Below, piece by piece: positions 40,404-51,042 of a stretch of 64,000 nucleotides of DNA. The notes below the pieces were generated by a model that had not been told where the DNA came from, ran no database searches, and saw nothing but the letters and a program-made list of their open reading frames with translations. Position numbers and translations under genes: made by a program. The first letter of the stretch is position 1. Each line of letters starts with the position of its first letter. Source of the stretch: an uncultured Gammaproteobacteria bacterium (GTDB lineage Bacteria; Patescibacteriota; Patescibacteriia; SG8-24). The DNA is taken from assembly GCA_964486995.1 (NCBI GenBank), contig CAZAOV010000002.1, positions 26,559-90,558 on the forward strand, read 5' to 3'.

Positions 40404-41525
40404 CTAGCCAGTGAAAACATTGGTTATCGACTGCATAATACGGTCTCCAAACCGCACCACATCGCCGTAAGTCACTACTAACACGAGCAGCATCAGCAAC
40501 GCAAAGCCAACATTATGGATCATGGCCTCAATCTGACGGCTCACCGCGCGACCCCGAATCTTCTCTATAATAAGGAAGAGCAGGCGGCCACCGTCGAGCG
40601 CCGGGAACGGCAAAATATTTAGAATCCCCAAGTTGATTGATAGCAAAGCTATGAACTGCAGCAAGTGCCGCCAACCGTGCTGAGCCACTTCGCCGGCTAC
40701 GACCGCAATGCCGACCGGTCCGGAAATGTCGGCCGGAGCACCTCCACCGGTGAACAAATCACCGAGAATCGTACCGAAAGCTATCAAAATCTGATACGTG
40801 AACGAGCCGGTCATCCATAGACCTTGAATCGGCGCCATATATACCGGATACGCCACCATGCCAGTCTTCATCAGGCTCACGCCGATTCCGGGTTTACCGG
40901 TTATTTCCAAAATCGCCGGCGCAACCGAAACCTCTACCTGCTCCCCCTCCCTTTCCAGCACCAAATCCATCGGCACGTTACCGCGACTGCCGGTGAGCAA
41001 GGCAAATCCTTCGATATTGGTCATGCGTTCGTCTTCGGCTAGCCAGATGACATCACCTATCTCGATCCCTGCTGCGGCAGCCGGAGTGCCCTCAAGCACG
41101 TTCACCACATGCAACTTCTCTTGGCTCACTGTCGCGTAAGACGGAACCGGCGATTCGTCATCGACAATCTGCGGTAGGCCAAACATATAGCCAATCGAAA
41201 ACAGCACCCAGGCCAAAATAAAATTCATCACCACACCAGCTACGATAACTTGCATGCGCTGCCAGCCGCTCTTAGCGCTGAAACTATCCGAATCTTTGGC
41301 GTTTTCCCCTCCTTCACCTTTGAGGCGTACGAAACCGCCGATTGGAATGGCGTTAATCGACCAAATCATGTCGTTATGTTTTTTGCCCCAGAGCCGAGGC
41401 GGGAAACCAAAGCCGAACTCCTCGACTTTGATACCTGCGCGACGAGCCATAAAAAAATGCCCGCATTCATGCGCGAACACGATTACTGAGAGGACGATAA
41501 CGAAGGTTAAGATGGTGGTGAACAT
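40404..41525 (-). CDS. rseP: RIP metalloprotease (site-2 protease) with PDZ domain
   Basis: HECGH, GFGFPP, IPIGGFV, NILPFPALDGG. Confidence 0.95.
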   Translation of the reverse strand: MFTTILTFVIVLSVIVFAHECGHFFMARRAGIKVEEFGFGFPPRLWGKKHNDMIWSINAIPIGGFVRLKGEGGENAKDSDSFSAKSGWQRMQVIVAGVVMNFILAWVLFSIGYMFGLPQIVDDESPVPSYATVSQEKLHVVNVLEGTPAAAAGIEIGDVIWLAEDERMTNIEGFALLTGSRGNVPMDLVLEREGEQVEVSVAPAILEITGKPGIGVSLMKTGMVAYPVYMAPIQGLWMTGSFTYQILIAFGTILGDLFTGGGAPADISGPVGIAVVAGEVAQHGWRHLLQFIALLSINLGILNILPFPALDGGRLLFLIIEKIRGRAVSRQIEAMIHNVGFALLMLLVLVVTYGDVVRFGDRIMQSITNVFTG

Positions 41526-41573
41526 AGGTTGGGGTGGGAATTATTTATGGTGTGGGGGATATAGGGTTGTCGG

Positions 41574-41681
41574 GGTGTAGAGGTATAGAGGTGTAGAGGT
41601 GTAGGAGATCCGCACACTCACGAAAAACGCCTAGTGCAAATGAGGGGGTCTCCTACGCCTCTGCTTCTACACTTCTATACT
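41574..41681. repeat. octamer-armed palindromic element, family B (core inverted relative to 39111)
   Basis: ggtgtaga repeats; core reverse complement agaccccctcatttgcactaggcg...; ctac/ctatac repeats. Confidence 0.8.
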
Positions 41682-41683
41682 TT

Positions 41684-42469
41684 TTACCCGACCGCAGCAG
41701 CGCGCACGTTTACTTCGCTGCCGAGCCATTCCTGGGCGAGCGCGACGAATTGTTCTGTGCGGTCGCTGACATAGAACTGATGTTGGCCACGGGTACGCAA
41801 CGAAGCGTCTAGTTCTGGATGCTGCTGAAGATACGCGGCGAGTTCAGCCACTGCATCATGCGCCGGGTCAACCAGGGTGACGCTCTCCCCCATCGCCTGA
41901 CCGATAACGGTACGCAGGAACGGATAGTGCGTACAGCCCAGAATAAGCGTATCTATACGTGATAGTTGTAGCGGGCGCAAGTATTCTCTGGCAATCGACG
42001 CGGTTTCTTTGCGGGCGGCCCAACCTTCCTCAACGAGTGGTACAAACAATGGACAGGGCGTCGAAAAAACTTTGGTCCGCGGAGCGAGTCGTTTCATCTT
42101 GCGTTCATAGATGCCGGAACCGACCGTGCCACGAGTGCCGACCACACCAACATGCCCTTTGGTGACCGCAGCCGCGCGCTTTACCGCTGGCATTACTACC
42201 TCGAACACCGGCACGTCAACGTTGCGACGCAAGGTCTCGACGCCGTGCGCGGACACGGTGTTGCAGGCGACCATGATAACTTTTGCGCCTTTGTCGAGCA
42301 AAAACTCCGCATTCTCCAGCGCATATTTTTGAATCAGCTCGCGGCTCTTGATGCCATAGGGAGTGCGTGCAGTATCGCCAAAATAAACCACCCGGCGACC
42401 GGGTAGTTGTCTTAGCACTTCCTTAGCGACGGTCAGGCCTCCGAGACCTGAGTCAAATATACCTATCAT
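41684..42469 (-). CDS. murI: glutamate racemase
   Basis: MIGIFDSGLGGLTV, ACNT, LGCTHYP. Confidence 0.97.
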   Translation of the reverse strand: MIGIFDSGLGGLTVAKEVLRQLPGRRVVYFGDTARTPYGIKSRELIQKYALENAEFLLDKGAKVIMVACNTVSAHGVETLRRNVDVPVFEVVMPAVKRAAAVTKGHVGVVGTRGTVGSGIYERKMKRLAPRTKVFSTPCPLFVPLVEEGWAARKETASIAREYLRPLQLSRIDTLILGCTHYPFLRTVIGQAMGESVTLVDPAHDAVAELAAYLQQHPELDASLRTRGQHQFYVSDRTEQFVALAQEWLGSEVNVRAAAVG

Positions 42470-42545
42470 ATTGCGCTGAAATTGCCCTTCAATAATGGCA
42501 GTTTGGGAGCTAAGAATCAAGGGTTAAGAGTTGGGGTGTTTTAAG

Positions 42546-42640
42546 AGTATAGAAGTATAGGAGTGTAGGGGTGTAGGATACTCGCTCATTTGCACTAGAC
42601 GTCATGCGTAAGCGGGTCTACTACACTTCCATGCTTCTAC
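42546..42640. repeat. octamer-armed palindromic element, family B, right arm abutting the IS
   Basis: agtataga/gtgtagg repeats; core catttgcactagacgtcatgcgtaagcgggtct; ctacactt... then IS left end. Confidence 0.8.
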
Positions 42641-43722
42641 GAGGTATCGGACATTTCGTGTGGGTAAATAGTCTCTTTTTCTTCTAGTTCTAGCGCGTTT
42701 CTGGAACATTTATGGTCATATGACCATAAATGGAAGCAAAAAGAGGTGCGACAAGTGCGGCAAACCCATGCAGCGATGGGGTCAAACCAAGACCGGAAAG
42801 CAGCGCTGGAAATGCAGACCCTGTTCCAAGACCGGCACGAGAGTCAGGCACGATGTGACCGCCGGACATAGGCAACGCCTGTTTCTGAACTGGGTGCGCA
42901 GCAAGGAGTCCGTGGCCGACACGGCAAGGAAGGCAGGTGTGACCGCACGAACCGCGCACCGCTGGTTCGCCCCGTTCTGGAAAGCCCCGCCGCGGACCTG
43001 CAGCCGAATCGCTGCACGCATCCTCGTTGTCGACGCGGTGTCGGTCGTGAAGCACGAGGCGGTGGCGCTGCTCGCCGGCGACCCCGGACCTCCGGAACCG
43101 GTCGGCTGGGAGTTCGCCGCGCGCGAGTGCCACGAGTCCTGGCGGTCGTTCTTCCTCGGCCTTCGCAGCCGCGGGGCGGACCCCGGGTTCGTGGTCTGCG
43201 ACGGCCAGAAGGGCCTGCTCAAGGCGGCCCGGGAAGTCTTTCCACATGCGGCGGTCCAGCGTTGCGTTGTCCACGTGCACCGCCTGGCCATGGCCTGGCT
43301 GATGCGAAAACCGAAAACCGCGGCGGGCCGCGAGCTGCGGCCAATCGTCTCCGCGCTGCTCCTGGTGCGCACGCCGGAAGATCAGGACACATGGCTGGAG
43401 TCACTGCGCTCGCGGGAAATCAGGCACGCCGAGTTCCTGAAGGAGAGGACGTACGGCGAGAACGGATGGTGGTACACGCACCGGAAGCTGAGGGCGGTCA
43501 GGTCGCTGCTGCGCAACGCCGCACCCGACCTGTTCCGCTACGTCGACGACCCTCCGGTGCCGAGGACCTCGAACCACGTCGAGGGAGGGCTGAACAGCCG
43601 AATCAAGGAGCTGCTGCGCTCGCATCGGGGGATATCAAAAAGCCAGCGCATGGCGCTGGTGTGCTGGTACCTGGAGTCGAGACGGGAGGAGAAAAAACCC
43701 CACACGAAATGTCCGATAGCTC
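42641..43722 (+). mobile_element. IS256-family (IS1249-like) insertion sequence
   Basis: 24-bp terminal inverted repeats with one mismatch (42641-42664 and 43699-43722); GC-richer than the flanks; no target duplication seen. Confidence 0.85.
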
Positions 43723-43745
43723 GTTTTGCCATACGCTTCTTATGA
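42720..43745 (+). CDS. IS256/IS1249-like DDE transposase
   Basis: N-terminal CxxC...CxxC ribbon with GKQRWKC, HTH, VVDA, VVCDGQKGL, QRCVVHV, TSNHVEGG. Confidence 0.9.
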   Translation: MTINGSKKRCDKCGKPMQRWGQTKTGKQRWKCRPCSKTGTRVRHDVTAGHRQRLFLNWVRSKESVADTARKAGVTARTAHRWFAPFWKAPPRTCSRIAARILVVDAVSVVKHEAVALLAGDPGPPEPVGWEFAARECHESWRSFFLGLRSRGADPGFVVCDGQKGLLKAAREVFPHAAVQRCVVHVHRLAMAWLMRKPKTAAGRELRPIVSALLLVRTPEDQDTWLESLRSREIRHAEFLKERTYGENGWWYTHRKLRAVRSLLRNAAPDLFRYVDDPPVPRTSNHVEGGLNSRIKELLRSHRGISKSQRMALVCWYLESRREEKKPHTKCPIARFAIRFL

Positions 43746-43829
43746 TGCACTCTCCATGGGAAGCGTGTCTAGTATATGGGGTACAGTCCAATACCATTTT
43801 TTCACGTCATTGACAACGCAGTATACATA

Positions 43830-44287
43830 TTATCCACAATTCAAACCTGTTTTGATTTGTGGATAAAAAAACCCGCTAATCACGGATATTTATTGTCTCG
43901 ACCACCTAAATTCTATCGAAAATATGCATCTACCGGTACACGGGAAAAGAAAGTATAAGCCACCACCCCTAGTACCACCAGAACGTGCAAAACCCTTTTC
44001 CCGGTTTTCACCATGCTAATCTTTGGCTTTTTGCTGGCGGACGCGGCCACATGACGGGCGGCTTCACAGCAGTTTTGTTTTCGCATTTTGTTTCCTTCTA
44101 GATGTCTATTTTCATTATACCAAGTTATCCACATATCCACAAGTATCTAACCTATGATGATATTTTATAAAAAAGGTCAATACCCCTAGTAAATAATTGA
44201 TTATTGCTCTGTAGATAAACAAAAACTCCGCTTTTTAAAGACGGAGTTTTTGATCCAATTTAGTAGTTATCCACAACCTTATCCACG
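43830..44287. promoter_or_regulatory. cluster of DnaA boxes
   Basis: Perfect TTATCCACA at 43830, 44125 and 44267, and its complement at 43858; one-mismatch boxes at 44133, 44210 and 44279; AT-rich stretch ~44150-44210. Confidence 0.7.
43913..44086 (-). CDS. small hypothetical single-TM protein
   Basis: MRKQN start after gaagga; C-terminal hydrophobic segment. Confidence 0.4.
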   Translation of the reverse strand: MRKQNCCEAARHVAASASKKPKISMVKTGKRVLHVLVVLGVVAYTFFSRVPVDAYFR

Positions 44288-45652
44288 AATGATTTTTAGC
44301 AGTTCATCGCGATGTATTTTCATATTTTCCTCATCCTTGGCTTCCAGATTCAGTCGGATTTTAGGTTCCGTATTCGATGCCCGAACACTGAACCACCAGT
44401 CCCCTTCCGGCTGTTCTGGATTCATGAATTCCATGCGTACACCGTCGATTCTAATCACGTTTGAGGCCTCACCTGCATACTTTTCCTCGAGCGCCTTAAA
44501 TACTGCTTCTTTATCTGCGACTTCGGAGTTAATCTCACCAGAATGAAAATACCGTAGAAGGGGCGCCACGAGTTCAGATAACGGCTTCCCGGTCTCGGAA
44601 ATAAGCTGCATAAACAACAACATCACATAATCAGAGGATTCCGCACCACAAAACTCACGGAAATAAAAATGATTAGACAGCTCACCAGCAAAAACAGCGT
44701 TAACTTCGCGCATATGAGGCTTAATCAAGCCATGTCCAACGCGAGTCATAACCGGCTTTCCTCCAGCCGCCTCAATCTCCTCAACCGTGGCCATGCTCTC
44801 GCGAACATCATACAAAACAGCTTCACCCTGATTATCACGCAACACTTCGCTAGCAATCAAAGCCGTAATAAAATCGCCGCGCACGGTCTTGCCTTTCTCA
44901 TCGACCAATCCGATTCGATCTCCGTCACCATCAAAAGCCACGCCCAAATCCGCACCAGAATCAACCACTTTCAGCTTTAGTGCATCTAACGTCTTCTCCT
45001 TGAGCGGATTTGCCTCGTGGTTCGGAAACGTGCCGTCCAGCTCCCGGTAAAGCACCTCGTATTCACAGCCGGCAATCTTTGACAGCACGTCATCGATAAT
45101 AATTCCCTCCATGCCATTTCCGGTATCTACCACCACTTTCATCGGTTTTATTTTGCTCACGTCAGCGTCGGAAAACAGCTTCTTTAAATAATCATCTCGG
45201 ATATTTTTTTCGCTCAATGAGCCATTATTTTCAACCGGCTCATATGGACCGGCCAACGCCAAATCGCGTATGTCATCCATGCCATTTGAACCACCAATCG
45301 GCAACGCATCACCGAGACAAATCTTTACGCCATTATATTCGCTCGGGTTGTGCGAGGCTGTCACCATCACCCCGGCTTCGTGCTCCGCATACTGGCAAGC
45401 CGCAAAATAAATCATCGGCGTGGTAACCATGCCAACATCAACCACATCGCTTCCCTGCGACATGATTCCTTTGGCGAGTGCTTCGAACAGCTCCGGCGTA
45501 GTCGAGCGCATGTCTTTTCCGACCGCAATCACCTTGGCATCGGTGAATTTAACGATTGCTTGGCCAATGCGATAAGCACCATCAGTATCAAGCTGCTCGG
45601 GAGATAAACCTCGGATATCGTAGGCTTTAAAGATAGAACCGTCTAAAGGCAT
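44279..45652 (-). CDS. phosphomannomutase/phosphoglucomutase
   Basis: IFKAYDIRG, TASHNP, FDGDGDR, GELSNH, RASNTEP. Confidence 0.96.
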   Translation of the reverse strand: MPLDGSIFKAYDIRGLSPEQLDTDGAYRIGQAIVKFTDAKVIAVGKDMRSTTPELFEALAKGIMSQGSDVVDVGMVTTPMIYFAACQYAEHEAGVMVTASHNPSEYNGVKICLGDALPIGGSNGMDDIRDLALAGPYEPVENNGSLSEKNIRDDYLKKLFSDADVSKIKPMKVVVDTGNGMEGIIIDDVLSKIAGCEYEVLYRELDGTFPNHEANPLKEKTLDALKLKVVDSGADLGVAFDGDGDRIGLVDEKGKTVRGDFITALIASEVLRDNQGEAVLYDVRESMATVEEIEAAGGKPVMTRVGHGLIKPHMREVNAVFAGELSNHFYFREFCGAESSDYVMLLFMQLISETGKPLSELVAPLLRYFHSGEINSEVADKEAVFKALEEKYAGEASNVIRIDGVRMEFMNPEQPEGDWWFSVRASNTEPKIRLNLEAKDEENMKIHRDELLKIIRG

Positions 45653-45887
45653 ATACGTTGGTGGTTAATTGCGATTTTTCTAATTTAACTGGTTGGAGGG
45701 ATGGAGGCGCAAAAAAAATATAAAGCATATAAGGACAGTAGAGCTGGCGGATAAATGAAGACGCTCTGCCGCCCTTCTGCTCCCAGACACTTGTAAACTA
45801 TACACCCCTCACCACCAGACTGAATCTCTGGGGGTAACTAGACTTGACGCAAAATCCAAAATTCGCCTAAATTATCCCCATTTTTCG

Positions 45888-45916
45888 TTGACTTTAGCCT
45901 TATTTTTACCTATAAT
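45888..45916 (+). promoter_or_regulatory. sigma70 promoter for lemA-htpX
   Basis: TTGACT-17 nt-TATAAT. Confidence 0.7.
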
Positions 45917-46003
45917 GAAGGTAGGTATAAGTGTAATCACTAAACTGCGGCTAGGCAAATTTTCGTTTATTGAGCGAAGTTGCGCCGCATCATGAAATTA
46001 TAT

Positions 46004-46570
46004 ATGACCGGACTAACAATAGCTGCCGCGGTCGTTCTCGGCCTCATCCTAATCTTGGCAGTGTGGATAATAGCTGTTTACAACAGTTTAATCACACTAC
46101 GTAACCGCACGGACGAAGCCTGGTCCGATATCGACGTTCAGCTCAAACGCCGTTATGACCTGATTCCAAATCTGGTTGAGACCGTTAAGGGTTACGCCTC
46201 ACACGAACGCGAAACCCTGGAGAAAGTCACCCAAGCTCGCAATATGGCGATGAGTGCGGAAGGCAAACACGATAAGGCCGAAGCTGAAAATATGCTTTCC
46301 CAAACTCTGAAATCTTTGTTCGCGGTAGCTGAGAACTACCCGGACCTGAAGGCGTCACAGAACTTCCTCCAACTGCAGGATGACCTGAAAGATACCGAGG
46401 ATAAAATACAAGCTGCGCGCCGTTTCTATAACGCAAACGTCCGGGACTTCAACACAAAGATACAGATTTTCCCAAATAACGTTATCGCCGGTCAGCTAAA
46501 TTTCGAAAAATACGAGTTCTTCGAAATTGAGAACGAAAAGGAGCGCGAGAATGTACAAGTAAAGTTCTAG
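46004..46570 (+). CDS. lemA: LemA family protein
   Basis: [40 protein letters not shown]. Confidence 0.96.
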   Translation: MTGLTIAAAVVLGLILILAVWIIAVYNSLITLRNRTDEAWSDIDVQLKRRYDLIPNLVETVKGYASHERETLEKVTQARNMAMSAEGKHDKAEAENMLSQTLKSLFAVAENYPDLKASQNFLQLQDDLKDTEDKIQAARRFYNANVRDFNTKIQIFPNNVIAGQLNFEKYEFFEIENEKERENVQVKF

Positions 46571-46577
46571 ATTTCAT

Positions 46578-46655
46578 GTAGCGGCAGGGCTTGCTCCTGC
46601 TTATTGAGCCGAGTTCGCGCTTGCAACCGAAAGCAGGGGCAAGCCCTGCCGCTAC
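46578..46655. repeat. REPIN-like inverted pair, family A
   Basis: gtagcggcagggcttgctcctgc ... gcaggggcaagccctgccgctac, near-perfect 23-bp arms. Confidence 0.85.
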
Positions 46656-46665
46656 GAATCTGACT

Positions 46666-47556
46666 ATGACAACTTACGACTTCATATCATCGAACAAGCA
46701 GAAGTCGGTCCTGCTAATAATCGTATTCACGGTATTGGTCGTTGCAGTTGGTGCGCTAGTTGATCGTATGTACGGCGGCGGCGGATTTATTCTAGCGATT
46801 GCGATTGGTTACTCGCTGTTCAGTTCGCTGATTGGATTCTACTCGGGAGACAAAGTCGCACTGGCAGTGTCTGGCGCAAAAGAAATCAGCGAAGCCGACA
46901 ACCCGTACTTGTATCGAATGGTTCAAAATCTTTGCATCAGCGTCGGCATGCCGATGCCTAAGCTGCACGTGATGGATGATCCGGCGATAAACGCTTTTGC
47001 CACTGGACGCGACCCGGAGCACTCGTCGATTGCGGTGACGACCGGGGCGCTACAGCACCTGGAAAACGAAGAACTGGAGGGTGTGCTGGCACATGAGCTG
47101 TCGCATATAAAAAACTACGACATTCGAGTGATGACTCTGGTGATGGTATTGGCGGGAACGATTGCGATTATTGCTGACTTGGCGTTGCGCTCGTTCATCT
47201 GGGGTGGTGGTCGCCGCAAACGCGAAGGCGGCGGAGCGCTCCTGATAGTTGGGCTGATCCTGATGATAATCGCGCCGATTGTGGCGCAACTCATAAAACT
47301 GGCCGTTTCCAGAAAGCGCGAGTATCTAGCCGACGCATCAGGGGCACTAATGACCAGGTTTCCAGAAGGGCTGGCGCGAGCGCTAGAAAAAATCAGCGCG
47401 CAAAATCAACCGATGAAAAAAGCTTCCGGGGCAACGGCACATCTGTTCATAGCGAATCCGTTCCGCGGAAAATCGATGGCTTCGTTCTTCGGAACGCATC
47501 CACCGGTAGAAAAACGCATTCAAGCCCTGCGAAAAATGGCGGGGACAGGAATATAA
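46666..47556 (+). CDS. htpX: M48 zinc metalloprotease HtpX
   Basis: NAFATG, HELSH, REYLAD, THPP..RI. Confidence 0.94.
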   Translation: MTTYDFISSNKQKSVLLIIVFTVLVVAVGALVDRMYGGGGFILAIAIGYSLFSSLIGFYSGDKVALAVSGAKEISEADNPYLYRMVQNLCISVGMPMPKLHVMDDPAINAFATGRDPEHSSIAVTTGALQHLENEELEGVLAHELSHIKNYDIRVMTLVMVLAGTIAIIADLALRSFIWGGGRRKREGGGALLIVGLILMIIAPIVAQLIKLAVSRKREYLADASGALMTRFPEGLARALEKISAQNQPMKKASGATAHLFIANPFRGKSMASFFGTHPPVEKRIQALRKMAGTGI

Positions 47557-47563
47557 CTAAAAC

Positions 47564-47672
47564 GTATAGAAGTGTAGGAGTGTAGGGGTGTAGAAGACCA
47601 GCCCACTTACGAATGACGCCCAACGTAAGCGAGCGGGTCTTCTACACTTCTACACCTCTAAACTTCTACACT
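47564..47672. repeat. octamer-armed palindromic element, family B
   Basis: gtataga/gtgtagg x4, core agacc...ttacg...cgtaag...gggtct, ctacactt x4. Confidence 0.85.
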
Positions 47673-47707
47673 CAAAAACAAAAAATAAAAATAAGGGGTC
47701 AAACTAT

Positions 47708-50329
47708 ATGCATACCGATATCCTCGATAAATTCACCGCACACCTCAAGAATGCGCTGGCGAAATCATATTCTTTAGCGGCAGAACTGTCCTCTACCGGT
47801 ATCCATCCGGAACACCTGCTATTGTCGCTCCTTATGCAGCGAGGAAGCATGGGTGGCGAATTGCTCCGTCAGTCCAATTTAAGCGCCGAAGAGCTGCGTC
47901 AGATGCTCATCGCGGTGAATCAGTTCACCCCGGGCGACGGTAAGGAAGGTGCCCCCAAACTATCGGCAGAATCAAAGCGAGCCATCGAGAAGGCGGTTTT
48001 AGTCGCCAATACGCACGAGCATCGCTACGTCGGTACCGAACATTTATTGTTCGGTATTTTAGAAATCGGCTCGCCGGTCGTTGATGCAATCCTAACTGAC
48101 CAAGAAGTGGATATCGTCTGGCTCCGTGATCAAATTATCAATACTTTAAACAGCACTTCCAAGTTCCCGGAAATCACCGAAACGTTCGAGTCTGGTGTGG
48201 TGCCTGGACAGGACATCAGCACGGAAGATCAGGCGATTGCGCTCGAAGCGAGCGAAGCCACGCAAGTCGGCAGCAAAACCCCAGCATTGGATTTCTTTGC
48301 CGTGGACCTAACCGACCCCAAGGTCCAAGAGGATATAGATCCGGTTATCGGCCGGAGCACGGAAATCAATCGGCTGGTTCAGGTACTGTCCCGACGCACC
48401 AAGAACAATCCCGTATTGCTCGGTGAACCAGGCGTTGGCAAGACGGCCATCGTGGAAGGTCTGGCCAAAAAGATCGTGCAGGGTGATGTGCCGGAAGTGC
48501 TGGCTGACAAACGTATCCTGGCGCTGGATCTCGGAATGATGATCGCCGGAACAATTTATCGCGGTGAATTTGAAGGTCGCATCAAACAGATTACCGATGA
48601 GGTAAAGGCTAATCCGAACGTGATTGTTTTCATTGACGAAATGCACAACATCATGGGTGCCGGTTCGACCAACGGCTCTATGGATGCGGCAAACCTCCTG
48701 AAACCTGCGCTGGCTCGAGGCTACATGCACTGCATAGGTGCGACTACTATTTCTGAATTTAAAAAACACATTGAGTCCGACGGAGCGCTGGAGCGTCGAT
48801 TTCAATCCATAATGGTCGACCAGCCCAGCCTCGAAGCCACGGTAGAAATTCTAAAAGGCTTACGAGACGGCTATGAAAAACATCACGAGGTTACCATTGC
48901 TGATGACGCAATTCATGCCGCAGTCGAACTTTCTGACCGCTATCTCACCGAGCGTTTCCTTCCGGATAAGGCGATTGATCTTATTGACGAGGCGTCCGCG
49001 CGTGCGCGCGTTTCCCGCGGTGATGACTCCAAGGTCAAGCAGTTATCTCGTCTGGAATCGGAAATCGAAAAAGTACGCGCCCGCAAACAAGGTGCGGTAC
49101 ACGGCGAGAACTTCATCGAGGCATTGGAACTTAAAGGTGAAGAAGGCCGCCTAGTTAAACAACTATCCAAGACCAAAGAGGGTAACCGCAACCGAAAGCG
49201 AAGCAGAGCCTCCACAATCACACGCAATCATATCGCAGAAATTATCGCGCAGGCCACCGGAATTCCAATGAATGAACTCGTGTCAGAAGAGAGGGTCCGA
49301 CTGCTAAATCTGGAAACACATCTTGGCGCCAAAATTCATGGCCAAGACGAGGCCATCAATCAAGTAGCCGAAATGGTACGTCGTGCCAAAGCCGGCATGG
49401 CGCATCCGCAACGTCCGTTGGCATCGTTCATGTTCCTTGGTCCGTCTGGTGTAGGAAAGACCGAGCTGGCCAAGGTGCTCGGCGCGGAAATCTTCCATGA
49501 TCCAGAAGCTGTGGTTCGTATCGACATGTCCGAATTCTCTGAAGGATTCAATATGTCCAAGCTGGTTGGTGCTCCGGCAGGCTATGTCGGCTACCGCGAA
49601 GAGACCAAGCTGACCGACTTGGTGAAACGCAAACCTCACTCGTTGGTGCTATTTGACGAAATAGAAAAGGCCCATCCGGATGTGCATAATTTGCTTCTGC
49701 AGATTTTGGAAGATGGCCACATCACCGATGCCACAGGAAGAAAAATCAACTTCAAAAATACTATCGTAATAATGACTTCCAACGTCGGTGCCGCGCAGCT
49801 TCAAGCCTCTGGAATCGGCTTCTCGGCCGACGGCCATGACGCCAATCTACACATGGAAGACATTAGCTCAACCATCAATAGCGAGTTGCAGACCTCATTC
49901 CGGCCGGAATTCCTAAACCGTATCGACAAGGTGGTGGTGTTCCGCTCGCTCAACAAGAAAGATTTGGAGTCTATCGCCGGCCTGCACTTCAGTCAGTTGG
50001 CTGACCGCCTGGCCACCGACCACAGCATCATCCTAGAGGCCGACGACAGCGCCATTAAATTCCTAGCCGATAAAAGCTGGGATCCGTCATTCGGCGCGCG
50101 CACAATACGACGTCAACTGCAAGAGCATGTTGAGAGCCCGCTAGCTAAGTCATTACTCGCCGAAGACCACGGCCCCGGCGACAAAATAAAGATTACGGTC
50201 AAGAAGGGCAAGATTGATTTCAGCAAGAGCAAGAAAACCGCGAGTAAGACCGCCAGGAAGACTACGTCATCGGGCAAAGAGCCAAATGCCTCGAAATCAA
50301 AGAAGAAAGCAAATGCCAATGCCAAGTAG
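47708..50329 (+). CDS. clpC: ATP-dependent Clp protease ATP-binding subunit
   Basis: Clp N repeats, two NBDs ([16 protein letters not shown]), UVR-like middle domain, IGF loop. Confidence 0.92.
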   Translation: MHTDILDKFTAHLKNALAKSYSLAAELSSTGIHPEHLLLSLLMQRGSMGGELLRQSNLSAEELRQMLIAVNQFTPGDGKEGAPKLSAESKRAIEKAVLVANTHEHRYVGTEHLLFGILEIGSPVVDAILTDQEVDIVWLRDQIINTLNSTSKFPEITETFESGVVPGQDISTEDQAIALEASEATQVGSKTPALDFFAVDLTDPKVQEDIDPVIGRSTEINRLVQVLSRRTKNNPVLLGEPGVGKTAIVEGLAKKIVQGDVPEVLADKRILALDLGMMIAGTIYRGEFEGRIKQITDEVKANPNVIVFIDEMHNIMGAGSTNGSMDAANLLKPALARGYMHCIGATTISEFKKHIESDGALERRFQSIMVDQPSLEATVEILKGLRDGYEKHHEVTIADDAIHAAVELSDRYLTERFLPDKAIDLIDEASARARVSRGDDSKVKQLSRLESEIEKVRARKQGAVHGENFIEALELKGEEGRLVKQLSKTKEGNRNRKRSRASTITRNHIAEIIAQATGIPMNELVSEERVRLLNLETHLGAKIHGQDEAINQVAEMVRRAKAGMAHPQRPLASFMFLGPSGVGKTELAKVLGAEIFHDPEAVVRIDMSEFSEGFNMSKLVGAPAGYVGYREETKLTDLVKRKPHSLVLFDEIEKAHPDVHNLLLQILEDGHITDATGRKINFKNTIVIMTSNVGAAQLQASGIGFSADGHDANLHMEDISSTINSELQTSFRPEFLNRIDKVVVFRSLNKKDLESIAGLHFSQLADRLATDHSIILEADDSAIKFLADKSWDPSFGARTIRRQLQEHVESPLAKSLLAEDHGPGDKIKITVKKGKIDFSKSKKTASKTARKTTSSGKEPNASKSKKKANANAK

Positions 50330-51020
50330 CAATTCAGTACAGCCGGAGAGCGACTGGGGGCGGCAACTTGAGCAGGAACGCCTCAAGAATTTAGTGCACC
50401 AAAAAAATATAGGAGCGCCAGTAAAGACGGTAGATTCCGTGACGGATTTTGGCTCAGCCGAATCGATAGATAACTCGCGAAACTGGGCGCAGGAACTAGA
50501 GCGAAAGCGGATGAAATTCGCCCTAAACAGCGGCATGGCGCTACCGGGACCCGGAGCGGCCGCCGGCACTGCATCAAAGAGTGCATCTTCCGGCGGAACG
50601 GGTCTCCCCGCATCGATCAATCCGCAACAGATGATGCAACAGCATGGTTTTTTGGGAGGTCTTATCAAGCTCTTCGGTGCCATGAGCGAACAGGCCACAA
50701 AACCAGTACTAAAGCAGCTAATTGCTTGGCACTGGGGATTGCTTCCGACAATAAAAGGAACGTTAATCTCATTACTCCTTTCCGGCCCGGCACTTAACGC
50801 TTGGCTGTTCTACGCACATATCTGGCGTAAACCCGGCCTCTGCAAATTCGACCCCTTTGATTTACTCGCCGTGCTAGTCTACGACTTAATAGTTTTACTG
50901 CTGGTTGGCGTAATATTGGTGGCGATTGTTCTACTCAGCGTAACCGCCATATGTTTTGCCACCCCGTCAGAATGTCCGTCTTTCGTGGTTGAGGCAGCCA
51001 GCGGAGTCATTAATTTCTAA
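50319..51020 (+). CDS. hypothetical membrane protein
   Basis: Overlaps the clpC stop; repeated W.xQ.LE motif; C-terminal TMs; start uncertain (50313/50319). Confidence 0.65.
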   Translation: MPSSNSVQPESDWGRQLEQERLKNLVHQKNIGAPVKTVDSVTDFGSAESIDNSRNWAQELERKRMKFALNSGMALPGPGAAAGTASKSASSGGTGLPASINPQQMMQQHGFLGGLIKLFGAMSEQATKPVLKQLIAWHWGLLPTIKGTLISLLLSGPALNAWLFYAHIWRKPGLCKFDPFDLLAVLVYDLIVLLLVGVILVAIVLLSVTAICFATPSECPSFVVEAASGVINF

Positions 51021-51042
51021 TCTGGCAATTTAAATTCGTCCT

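Noticed and set aside
39111-47672. Octamer repeats as a CRISPR array
   Set aside because: Units are 8 nt, degenerate and arranged as inverted arms; no unique spacers and no cas genes
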